NCBI GenBank assembly: GCA_965222115.1
Contig: CBDCTJ010000001.1
Coordinates: 224,001-288,000, forward strand
Source: Planctomycetota bacterium
GTDB lineage: Bacteria; Planctomycetota; PLA2; JAEUHO01
Direction: 5' to 3'
DNA: 64,000 nt
This document shows, piece after piece, positions 48,530 through 57,186 of this stretch (position 1 is its first letter; each line of letters begins with the position of its first letter). The notes under the pieces were generated by a model. That model ran no database searches and was not told the origin of the DNA. It saw only the letters and a program-made list of their open reading frames with translations. A program made the position numbers and the translations under genes.

Positions 48530-50971
48530 ATGTCCAAATCCTCGCACTCATCGGGTTCCCAACCCCCCATGCGTCTAGGCCTTGCCATGCTCCCTCCCCT
48601 GGCCATCGCTGCGTTGCTGATCGTGCAGATCATGAACGGCTTTCAGGGATTCGATCGCGAGGCGATGGGCACCGGCGCCACGTTCCTGGGATTGCCTGGC
48701 TACGTCTTGGGATGGGGAAGCGTTGCGCTGCTCATCCCCTTTCTGGTGTGGACCTATCTTGAGTGGCGTGGCCGCCAACCGTCGGGTCTGTTCTTGACGA
48801 TTCTTGGCGCATGCACATTGGGGATTGCGGTAGCGGGGCTCTCCGCCGTGTTTGGCGACGCGGCGGCCGGTGGACAAGTCGGCGAAGAACTCGCGAATAT
48901 GCTGGAAAACCGACTGACAACCGTTCCCGCATTTCTAGTGTTGTTACTCATGGCACTACCAGCCGTTGTCTTGGCAACAACGCCACTTCATGCGCCGCGT
49001 CCCACGTCCACACAAACATCACCATCCACGTTCGCCGTGGCAACCCATGAGCCGTTGCCTGGCGCCGCGCCGCGCGCACTTCGTTCGTCATCATCTTCCA
49101 CGTCTTCCAAGTCTGTTGTTGCACGCATTCGCAACGCTTTTCGTAGGAACAAATCATCGGGCGGCAATGACGGCATCGACGCAACGAGCCGCGACCAAGG
49201 ACGACACCATCCCGATCCCGACATTCGCTACGTGGATGAAGATCGCGCGCCGCATGACGCCAAGCCCGTAGACGCCAGTCTCGGGGGTGCCCATCACGAT
49301 GAAGCCCAATTCGAGGAAACACGACGAGAGGCGACGGAAACGCCTCAAGACTTCCCACGAGTGCCTTCATCTCCGGCATCGCAAACGCCCATGTACGACG
49401 CCGACGAGCCCATTGAAGTCGTTGTAGACGGAAACGCGTTCGATGAACCGGAATACGTTGTACCGCCCAAGGATGGTGTGCGCGTGGTGGAACGCGCCTC
49501 CACGTCAGCATCCGCGGCGAATGATCCGCACGAGTCCTTGCCCACGCTTTCCGACGTCATGCGCGGGGATTCTACGCCGGTCCACATCAGCAGTTCGCCA
49601 CGCGGCCACGACACACACACGTTGGAGCCCTGGGCGCGCATTGAAACCGACGACGACGATGCGCCGATTCATGTGGGTGCCGACGGTAAACCGGTCAAAG
49701 TCACACCGGCCGAGTTGCACCCCGGAACCGTGTTTCCTGCATCGGATTCACGTTCGCCCTACCTCCGGTCTGCACAGTCGCCGGAAATCGCCCACACCAC
49801 GACGCAAGAAGACATCTCCGTAGCGGTGCGCGCACACAGCGAGTCGCACCCCACGGCCGAGCGTCAAGGACGTATCGAAGCGCGCGAGCTCGTCGAACGC
49901 GAGGCAGCACGAGTGGGGTCGCAACTCGTGCACTCACAGTTGGAAGCCGCCGCCGAAGGTCGCGATGCAGGCAGTATCGATACAGACAAGAGCGACGACC
50001 CCCATGGCGCCCTCAGCGTCAAGTCAGCGGCGATTCCGCAGCGGCTGGGCGTAGGCCGCAATCGAAGGGGCACCGCGGCGTCCACGTCGGGCGAACTCCC
50101 CGGTCGCGCAGCGATTCTCGATGCGTTGCGCGGTTTACCCACGCTGCGCGCTGCGGAACGACAGGGCGCCGGTCCGCAGTCGTCTAGTTCGCAAACCGGA
50201 AGTGTGCGCGCATCGGTGCGGGAATCGCTCGATCAAGTGAGTGCGCGATCGCGGTACAAGGCCAAGCTTGAAGCTAGCGGCATCTTTGATGCGTCAAGCG
50301 ACGCAAAGACAAATCGAGCGCCCGCGACGAATCGCCGGCAAACGACTGAGATCGATGTGAAGCCTTCGACCGATGTCGCGCCGAGTCGGTCAACGAAGAG
50401 CAAGCGTGGCGGGAAGAAGACTACGTCTTCCACGAGCAAACGATCCAGCAGCAAAGCCGCTTCGACAGGGAACACGTCAACGAAGAAGCGTACCGCAAGC
50501 AAGAAGGCCGCAAGCAAACGCACGTCAACGCGCAAGGCATCCGGTACTTCCACTCGTTCGCGTTCGAAGGCAGTATCTTCGAAGGCAGCATCAACAAAGA
50601 CAACCGCCAAGCAAAGTACGAAGAAGTCGAGCGCGGCCGCATCGTCCCGAAAGACGTCTTCAAGAAAGTCACCACGAAACGTCGGCAAGCCGGCCGCACG
50701 GACCAAGAGCAAGAAGGCCTCCAAGTACAGCCAACTTGAGCAACACATACTCGACAAGGGCGGGCGCACATTGCGCGGCGCCGTGGACGTTGCCGTGAAC
50801 AAGGGGGCGGCCACACCCATTCTGCTCACACGACGCTTACAGATTCCCATTGATCGCGCCCAAGAACTTGTAGAAGAAATGGTCACGTTGGGTGTGTTGG
50901 GACCCGCGGGCACGCGCGGCAGTTTCCCCACCCTGTTGAGTGAGCGAGACTGGGCCTCGATTCGCGGATAA
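48530..50971 (+). CDS. FtsK-like protein lacking the ATPase motor (4TM, disordered linker, K/S/T-rich tract, gamma-like winged helix)
   Basis: N-terminal TM cluster with GGQVG; C-terminal AVDVAVNKGAATPILLTRRLQIPIDRAQELVEEMVTLGVLGP aligns by eye with the gamma domain of ftsK at 24545; no Walker A/B. Confidence 0.75.
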   Translation: MSKSSHSSGSQPPMRLGLAMLPPLAIAALLIVQIMNGFQGFDREAMGTGATFLGLPGYVLGWGSVALLIPFLVWTYLEWRGRQPSGLFLTILGACTLGIAVAGLSAVFGDAAAGGQVGEELANMLENRLTTVPAFLVLLLMALPAVVLATTPLHAPRPTSTQTSPSTFAVATHEPLPGAAPRALRSSSSSTSSKSVVARIRNAFRRNKSSGGNDGIDATSRDQGRHHPDPDIRYVDEDRAPHDAKPVDASLGGAHHDEAQFEETRREATETPQDFPRVPSSPASQTPMYDADEPIEVVVDGNAFDEPEYVVPPKDGVRVVERASTSASAANDPHESLPTLSDVMRGDSTPVHISSSPRGHDTHTLEPWARIETDDDDAPIHVGADGKPVKVTPAELHPGTVFPASDSRSPYLRSAQSPEIAHTTTQEDISVAVRAHSESHPTAERQGRIEARELVEREAARVGSQLVHSQLEAAAEGRDAGSIDTDKSDDPHGALSVKSAAIPQRLGVGRNRRGTAASTSGELPGRAAILDALRGLPTLRAAERQGAGPQSSSSQTGSVRASVRESLDQVSARSRYKAKLEASGIFDASSDAKTNRAPATNRRQTTEIDVKPSTDVAPSRSTKSKRGGKKTTSSTSKRSSSKAASTGNTSTKKRTASKKAASKRTSTRKASGTSTRSRSKAVSSKAASTKTTAKQSTKKSSAAASSRKTSSRKSPRNVGKPAARTKSKKASKYSQLEQHILDKGGRTLRGAVDVAVNKGAATPILLTRRLQIPIDRAQELVEEMVTLGVLGPAGTRGSFPTLLSERDWASIRG

Positions 50972-51001
50972 GCGCGGCACCCACCTGTCTTTGAGGCTAT
51001 C

Positions 51002-52354
51002 GTGCCGACGATGTCCACGACGCCCGCAAACACCACTACGCTCGCTGCGCCTCTTGGGCGCATTGCGCTGCTTTCGTTGGGATGTGCCAAAAACCTCGTC
51101 GATAGCGAACAACTCGTCGGCGCGCTGCGGCAAGCGGGCTTTACCATGGCGGAGTCGCTCGACACGGCAGACCTCGCGCTCATCAACACGTGCGGTTTCA
51201 TTGATGCCGCAAAGCAAGAGTCGATCGACACCATTTTGCGCGTTGCCACGCAGAAGGAATTTGGGCGCCTGCGCGGCATCATGGTGAGCGGCTGTTTGGT
51301 GGAGCGCTACCTCGACGACCTGAGGAACGACATACCCGAGGTCGATCGTTGGATTCCGTTTGGTGATTACGGCCGCATCACGAATCACGCGCGCGAACTC
51401 ATGAGCCTTAAGCAGGTGCGCGATCTGCCCGCTGAACGTGTTCTGCTCACGCCCACGGCCTATGCCTATCTCAAGGTGAGCGAGGGATGCGATCAGCGCT
51501 GCGCGTTTTGTGCTATTCCATCGTTTCGCGGCAAACTCAAGAGCCGCACCATTGAAGAGAACGTGGCCGACGCCAGGAAACTTGCCGCGCGCGGTGTGGG
51601 TGAGATCAACATCGTGTCGCAAGACACAACGGCCTACGGCCGCGACATCTACGGCAAGCCGGCACTTGCGAAGCTTCTCCGCGAGCTAACAACCATTGAC
51701 GGTCCGTCGTGGTGGCGCGTGTTGTACCTCTACCCTTCCACTCTTCGCGACGATGTCTTGGAAGAGATGGCGAGCAATGACCGCATCGCAAAGTACATCG
51801 ACATCCCCCTCCAACACATGAGCAACAACGTACTGCGCGCGATGCGACGCGGCATTACGGGAGAGCGTCAGCGCAAACTGCTTCAACGGATTCGGGACGT
51901 GATTCCAAACGTTGCGATTCGAACCACGCTCATCTCCGGCTTTCCCGGTGAAACCGAAGATGATCACCGGGAACTCGTCGAGTTCGTGCGCGAAGGGTGG
52001 TTTGACCGCATGGGTGTGTTCCCCTTTAGTCGCGAAGAGAGTACACCGTCCTATGCGATGGACGCGCAAGTGCCCGGGGAAGTGATTGAAGCGCGGCGAC
52101 AGGAACTCATGGAAGCCCAGCAACGCGTCCACCTCGAGCGCAACGCATCGCTCGTGGGCTCTACGATGGACGTGTTGATCGAAGAGCACTCCCCCATCAC
52201 CAAGCGCGCTTCGGGTCGCACGCAGCACGACGCCCCGGAAGTCGATGGAAAGGTTCACATCTCGGGATTGGCGATGGCCCGGCCAGGAGCGATTGTTCGC
52301 TGCACCGTCACCGGCGCCGACGACTATGACTTGACCGCCACGCCCTGCGCGTAA
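51002..52354 (+). CDS. rimO: Ribosomal protein S12 methylthiotransferase
   Basis: SLGCAKNLVDSE, NTCGFI..AKQES, EGCDQRCAFCAIP, GFPGET, APEVDG. Confidence 0.96.
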   Translation: MPTMSTTPANTTTLAAPLGRIALLSLGCAKNLVDSEQLVGALRQAGFTMAESLDTADLALINTCGFIDAAKQESIDTILRVATQKEFGRLRGIMVSGCLVERYLDDLRNDIPEVDRWIPFGDYGRITNHARELMSLKQVRDLPAERVLLTPTAYAYLKVSEGCDQRCAFCAIPSFRGKLKSRTIEENVADARKLAARGVGEINIVSQDTTAYGRDIYGKPALAKLLRELTTIDGPSWWRVLYLYPSTLRDDVLEEMASNDRIAKYIDIPLQHMSNNVLRAMRRGITGERQRKLLQRIRDVIPNVAIRTTLISGFPGETEDDHRELVEFVREGWFDRMGVFPFSREESTPSYAMDAQVPGEVIEARRQELMEAQQRVHLERNASLVGSTMDVLIEEHSPITKRASGRTQHDAPEVDGKVHISGLAMARPGAIVRCTVTGADDYDLTATPCA

Positions 52355-52429
52355 GCGGCGACGTGAGTTACGGGGTATTTGCACTCGGATTGTGCGTGAA
52401 TCGCAGTCGCCTCGGTCAATAATCGATCC

Positions 52430-53047
52430 ATGGGCTGGGCCAACCGCATTACCGCAATTCGTGGCATCTTGACGCTCGTGGTCTGGGTGCTCTTGGCGAT
52501 TGCAGCACACCGCCCGAGCGTGCCGTTGTTGTGGACCGCCTTTGTGGTGTTCGTCATTGCCGCGTCCACCGACTTCCTCGACGGCATGTTGGCGCGCAAG
52601 TTTGGCGATGAAAGTGTCTTTGGTCGCATTGCTGATCCGTTGGTCGACAAGATGCTCATTATTGGCACGCTGATTCTTCTGCTCGGTGTACCGCTTGTGG
52701 GCAACATTCTCGCGGCGTGGATGGTGGCGCTCGTGTTGCTTCGCGAGTTGGTCGTAACGGCGTTGCGCGCCGCCGTGGAAGCACAGGGAAAGAACTTCTC
52801 CGCGGTCCCCATCGGTAAATGGAAAATGATCCTTCAGTGCATCACCGTGGGTGGATTGATTCTGTATGCCACGGGGAAGACGTGGGCGCATAGCGAAGTC
52901 CCGTTCCTAAACGTGCTTCCGAACGACCAACCGTACTGGAGCGTGTGTCAGGCGCTCGTGTGGGCCACGCTCATCGTTACAGTTCTTTCGTTGATTCCCT
53001 ACGCGTCTCGCGCACGCACGTTGCTTCGCGCCGAGCCCACGTCATAG
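52430..53047 (+). CDS. pgsA: CDP-diacylglycerol--glycerol-3-phosphate 3-phosphatidyltransferase
   Basis: TDFLDGMLAR...FGRIADPLVDK, RELVVTALR, GKWKM. Confidence 0.92.
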   Translation: MGWANRITAIRGILTLVVWVLLAIAAHRPSVPLLWTAFVVFVIAASTDFLDGMLARKFGDESVFGRIADPLVDKMLIIGTLILLLGVPLVGNILAAWMVALVLLRELVVTALRAAVEAQGKNFSAVPIGKWKMILQCITVGGLILYATGKTWAHSEVPFLNVLPNDQPYWSVCQALVWATLIVTVLSLIPYASRARTLLRAEPTS

Positions 53048-53064
53048 CTCACCCCCGACGTCTC

Positions 53065-53592
53065 ATGCATACGCCACAGGAACCAAAGGCCGTTGCCAGC
53101 GACCGTCCAACGTTTTCGAGTTGCGACGTGGTGTTGGCAGGGTTTGGCCCCGGGTATGCCCCATGGATGCCTGGAACGGTTGCGTCGCTCGCGACAGCAA
53201 TTCCGCTGGCATTCATCCCTGCAAACGGACTCGGCGTCGCCGTCTGCACGGCGGTCGCGTTGATTGCGAGCGTACTCACGGTCGTCTTTCTTCACCGCCG
53301 ATGGTCCCAGCTCTCAATCGATTCCGATGACCCCGGTTGGGTTGTCATGGATGAAGTCGCTGGCCAAGCCATTGCCATGATGGGTGCGCTCGCATTGGTT
53401 CAGCAAGTCAACGTACCCAGTTGGATCGCGGCGGCTGCGGCGTTCACGCTGTTCCGCGTGTTCGACATCAGTAAGATTGGGCCTGTAAAATGGGCCGAGC
53501 GCCTGCACGGTGCAACCGGCGTGCTACTAGACGACGTCGTTGCCGGTGTATTGGCGGCTGGAATGCTCGTGTCCGCAGCCTTCGTTCTGTAG
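53065..53592 (+). CDS. pgpA: Phosphatidylglycerophosphatase A
   Basis: PGTVAS, DPGWVVMDEVAGQ, FRVFDISK, GVLLDDVVAG. Confidence 0.9.
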   Translation: MHTPQEPKAVASDRPTFSSCDVVLAGFGPGYAPWMPGTVASLATAIPLAFIPANGLGVAVCTAVALIASVLTVVFLHRRWSQLSIDSDDPGWVVMDEVAGQAIAMMGALALVQQVNVPSWIAAAAAFTLFRVFDISKIGPVKWAERLHGATGVLLDDVVAGVLAAGMLVSAAFVL

Positions 53593-53749
53593 TTCGCCGT
53601 CGGGCACCGACATGCAAACCGGAACGACCGCGCATGAGGTCACCCCCCAGCGTTACGGGCCTATACTTCCCGCTTGCTTGGTGCGCTGAGATGCAACGCA
53701 CGGCGCCACAGGGATCTGAGACCGCGCCGGGCGGCGACGGAGGTAACAC

Positions 53750-55996
53750 ATGGCTAAGCGCTCCCGAGGCGGCCGAGGCTCAAGAGGTGATCGCGGTCGA
53801 AGCGGTCGCGGGCAGGGTAATCGTGGACGGGGTGATCGCGACGACGCACAGCCCGTAAAACCCGTGAAGCCGGTGCGACCCGTCCAACCGGCCAAGCCCG
53901 TGCGTCCCGTGAAGCCGGCCCAACCTGTCAAGCCCGTTCGACCCGCGAAACCTGTGGACGCCGCGCGCCCGGTGAAACCCTTGCAGCCCGCGCGTCCCGT
54001 ACAGCCATCGAAGCCCGTCCGTCCAGTCAAACCCGCACGACCCGTGCAACCCGCCCAACCCGTTCGACCTGCCAAACCGATTCGACCTGCAGAACCCGCA
54101 CGTGGTGGACGGGAAGCTGCACGACCCGCGGCCGCGATGGCCAAGCCCACGTCGTCTTCAACGTCGCGACCGTCACGTGCGCGTGAAGAAGACATCGGTT
54201 CCCGCGCATCGCGACGCCCAGCACAAGCGAGGGGAATGAGTCTGGGTGCAAAGATTGCTACGCTGTGTGGTTTGCTCACATTGCTTTCAGTCGGCGCAAC
54301 CATCGCGCTCACGAGTGGCATCGGCGACGGCGGGGAAGACAAGGCCGACATGGATCGCTTCGGTGAAACTGCGGCCGCTATGGTGGGATCTCGCGGCGCG
54401 GCTTGGTATTCCGGCGCGTCAGAAGATCGTGCAGCGGCCAAGAATGAGAAGGCGCTCATCGCGAGACTCAAGAGCGATTTCAAGAAACTTTGGGGCGAAG
54501 AAGGCGCGCGTTGGTGGAATGATCAGTACGACTACTTGTTTGATAATCCGCCCAAACTCGATGAGCTCGATGAGCGTGATCGCGCCGACTTCAATGAGCG
54601 ACGAGAACGTTTTGCGATTGAGATTGGTAAGCGCGTTGGCGGCAAGGATGACGGAAGCAAGAAGAAGGGCGACATTGCCTCGCTCCGCTTGAATCAGGTG
54701 ATTGCGCGCATCCCGTCACGCGAAGGCGATAAATATCGCGTGATGGCGGCATTCTTGCTCACGCCGAGTCCGGAATCAAAATGGGTAGCGGGCACAACCA
54801 GCGTGTCGAATGTGAAATACGACCCAAACGCATACGTGGCGAAAGGCAACGGCGTGGGCTACGTGGACGGCAAGCTCACCATCGACGGCACAGACTATGA
54901 CGTTCGCTACTACAGCGCGCGTGCGCCCGCTTCGCGCCCGAAAGACAACCGCATGAGTTACGTTGCGGTGTATGAAGATCGCAACACCGGGGGCGGCAAA
55001 ACAAATTTGGGTATGATCATGCTCCTGCTCGGTCCCCTACTCGTCGGCGGCACGGCCATGGCGTTGGCCGGCAAACACATCAAGGGTCTCAAGTCGCTCA
55101 GTCGCGACATTGATCGTTTGGGTTCATCCGGCGACCCCGATCGACAGTTGCGTGCCGATGGTGTGGAGGCGAACACGATTGCACGATCGGTCGAGCGCAT
55201 GGCCAGCAACTTGTATGTGCGCGCGAAGCACGATGGCGATGATTTGGATGAAATCGTTAGTCGCGAACAAAAGGTCGCGGCAGAGATTCACGGCGCGCTG
55301 ATGAGCAAGAACCCACCGCGACTCCAAGGGTATGAAGTGGAGACCTTGTTCAAGCCTGGCTTTGAGATCGGCGGTGACCACTTCGACTACTTCGCCATTG
55401 ACGACAGTCATTTGGGCATCATCCTGCTCGACACCAATGTGCGTGGCGTTCAAGCGGCGCTCGTCATGTCCGCAACGAGGGCGTACCTACGTATGGCCGC
55501 CCCCGGTCAACACTCGCCGGGTGAAGTGCTCAAGGAAGTCAATCGCAACTTGGCGGGTGAGCTTCCAAAGGGTCGCCACGTCACGGCGTTCTACGTCGTG
55601 CTCAATACGGCCGATGGCACCGCCACCATGGCAAGTGCGGGTCACTTACCGCTTCTGGTCTATCGACACGCAACGGGCAAAGTCGCCAAGGTCAACCCCG
55701 AAGGGCTCGCGCTGGGGCTCGACTCGGGACCCGTCTTTGATCGCACACTCCAGGAAGGCGACATTCCCATTGGCATTGGCGATCGCATCGTGCTCTACAC
55801 GGACGGCGCGTTGAACATTCTCAATGAAGAAAACGAAGAGTTTGGCGAAGCACGCTTCTATGAAGCCGTCACGCGTGAAGCACCGAAGAACTCGCAGGCC
55901 TTTGTGAACTTCTTGGGCGGCGCCATCGACCAGTTCCAACTTGATGCTGTGCAGAACGACGACATCACCATTTCGACCATCAAGCGACTGCGTTGA
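53750..55996 (+). CDS. Membrane PP2C/SpoIIE-type Ser phosphatase with RGG and Pro-rich N-terminus
   Basis: Two TM helices, HAMP-like linker, IGGDHFD, SAGHLP, LYTDG, QNDDIT. Confidence 0.9.
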   Translation: MAKRSRGGRGSRGDRGRSGRGQGNRGRGDRDDAQPVKPVKPVRPVQPAKPVRPVKPAQPVKPVRPAKPVDAARPVKPLQPARPVQPSKPVRPVKPARPVQPAQPVRPAKPIRPAEPARGGREAARPAAAMAKPTSSSTSRPSRAREEDIGSRASRRPAQARGMSLGAKIATLCGLLTLLSVGATIALTSGIGDGGEDKADMDRFGETAAAMVGSRGAAWYSGASEDRAAAKNEKALIARLKSDFKKLWGEEGARWWNDQYDYLFDNPPKLDELDERDRADFNERRERFAIEIGKRVGGKDDGSKKKGDIASLRLNQVIARIPSREGDKYRVMAAFLLTPSPESKWVAGTTSVSNVKYDPNAYVAKGNGVGYVDGKLTIDGTDYDVRYYSARAPASRPKDNRMSYVAVYEDRNTGGGKTNLGMIMLLLGPLLVGGTAMALAGKHIKGLKSLSRDIDRLGSSGDPDRQLRADGVEANTIARSVERMASNLYVRAKHDGDDLDEIVSREQKVAAEIHGALMSKNPPRLQGYEVETLFKPGFEIGGDHFDYFAIDDSHLGIILLDTNVRGVQAALVMSATRAYLRMAAPGQHSPGEVLKEVNRNLAGELPKGRHVTAFYVVLNTADGTATMASAGHLPLLVYRHATGKVAKVNPEGLALGLDSGPVFDRTLQEGDIPIGIGDRIVLYTDGALNILNEENEEFGEARFYEAVTREAPKNSQAFVNFLGGAIDQFQLDAVQNDDITISTIKRLR

Positions 55997-55997
55997 C

Positions 55998-56330
55998 GTG
56001 GGCGCGGATCACGCTTCCCCGCTCCCTCACGAGTGTCTGGCTGCGTTCCAAGCCAACATCGACGCGATCTACGGCGACAAAGACCGCGCTCGCGGGGTTG
56101 CCTCCACGTACCAGTGGTTCGTCGAGGAGGTGGGCGAACTCGCGCGTGCCCTTCGCCGGATGGACGCAGATAACCTCCGCGAGGAGTTCAGCGACGTCCT
56201 GGCCTGGCTTGCCACCCTGGCGACGCTGACCGATGTGGACCTTGTGGAAGCGGCCTCCCGCTACTCGAAGGGCTGCCCGCGCTGCGATTCGACTCCCTGT
56301 GCCTGCGAACGAGGTCCATCTCGCGAGTAA
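55998..56330 (+). CDS. MazG-like nucleotide pyrophosphohydrolase
   Basis: WFVEEVGELARA...EEFSDVLAWLATLA; C-terminal CPRC..PCAC. Confidence 0.85.
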   Translation: MGADHASPLPHECLAAFQANIDAIYGDKDRARGVASTYQWFVEEVGELARALRRMDADNLREEFSDVLAWLATLATLTDVDLVEAASRYSKGCPRCDSTPCACERGPSRE

Positions 56331-56505
56331 ACCCCGTAAGTATCTAAAAGAATGACACTTACGGAGATTACATAATAATTCTGCTAACTCGTTGGCCACA
56401 CTGTGCGACACAAGGTACTGTGTATCTATAAGCTTGCGATTTCGGTCGCGTGTGTCGCCAGTGTCGGCGCCCACGAGACCGAGCTTCACTCCAGAAGCAA
56501 ACGGG

Positions 56506-56549
56506 TACGACTCCTTGGCAGCGGAGGCCAAGGAGTCGTAACTTTTTTT
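56506..56549 (+). terminator. Rho-independent terminator-like hairpin
   Basis: TACGACTCCTTGGC-AGCGGAG-GCCAAGGAGTCGTA (14-bp stem) then ACTTTTTTT. Confidence 0.6.
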
Positions 56550-56662
56550 GCCGCAATCGGCTATTACTTGAGATTTGCCGCTGCTGATCGGATGTCTACG
56601 CTCCTCGCTACGCCCGGAACCGTGGCAGCGGAGGCCAAGGAGTCGTTGCGTTCTTGGCAAAC

Positions 56663-56856
56663 GCGCCACAGATACCAGGTATTTGGGGCGCAAGGGTGGG
56701 AGCAGGTCGAGTGCGACCCCAGTTACTTGGTCTCTCGGGGGCATGCGCCACAGAAACCAGGTATTTCTGGCGCACGGTGCGGCGAGGCACCACGGATACC
56801 AGGCAATTTCGGCGCTGGGAGGCAGGCGTGCCACAAAAGCCAGGCTTTTGTGGCGC
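56663..56856. repeat. Array of four 29-bp palindromes centred on CCAGG
   Basis: Starts at 56663, 56745, 56787 and 56828; e.g. GCGCCACAGAAACCAGGTATTTCTGGCGC and GTGCCACAAAAGCCAGGCTTTTGTGGCGC. Confidence 0.8.
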
Positions 56857-57186
56857 ACACTGTGCTTCGTTCGTGATTGTGATTACTACGTTTACGCGAA
56901 CGAACGGACGCTAGTGTCAGATTGATCCCGTAACCATCTATTTGACAACATCTTATGATCATGCGTTAGGTATCGCCGTGAGGCCGATTTCGACAATCTT
57001 ACGCTCCCGTTAGGCAAGTTTCGATCCGATCCATACGAGTCAGGGGCCGTCGAATGGACAGCGGCGACGCGTAGGGTTCGCGTTCTGCTCGCATGCCAAT
57101 CGACTGCCTCCCGATCCGAGGGAACGACATGCACGACGCCCGCGAGAACCGCGCGGTGTGTGCAGACGTATAGGGAGGAACGAGAC

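Noticed and set aside
50233-52891. Long minus-strand ORFs (349, 261 and 401 aa)
   Set aside because: Shadows of the FtsK-like gene, rimO and pgsA in GC-rich DNA
56663-56856. CRISPR array reading of the 29-bp palindromes
   Set aside because: Spacers of 12-13 bp (one of 53), repeats too divergent, and no cas genes in the window
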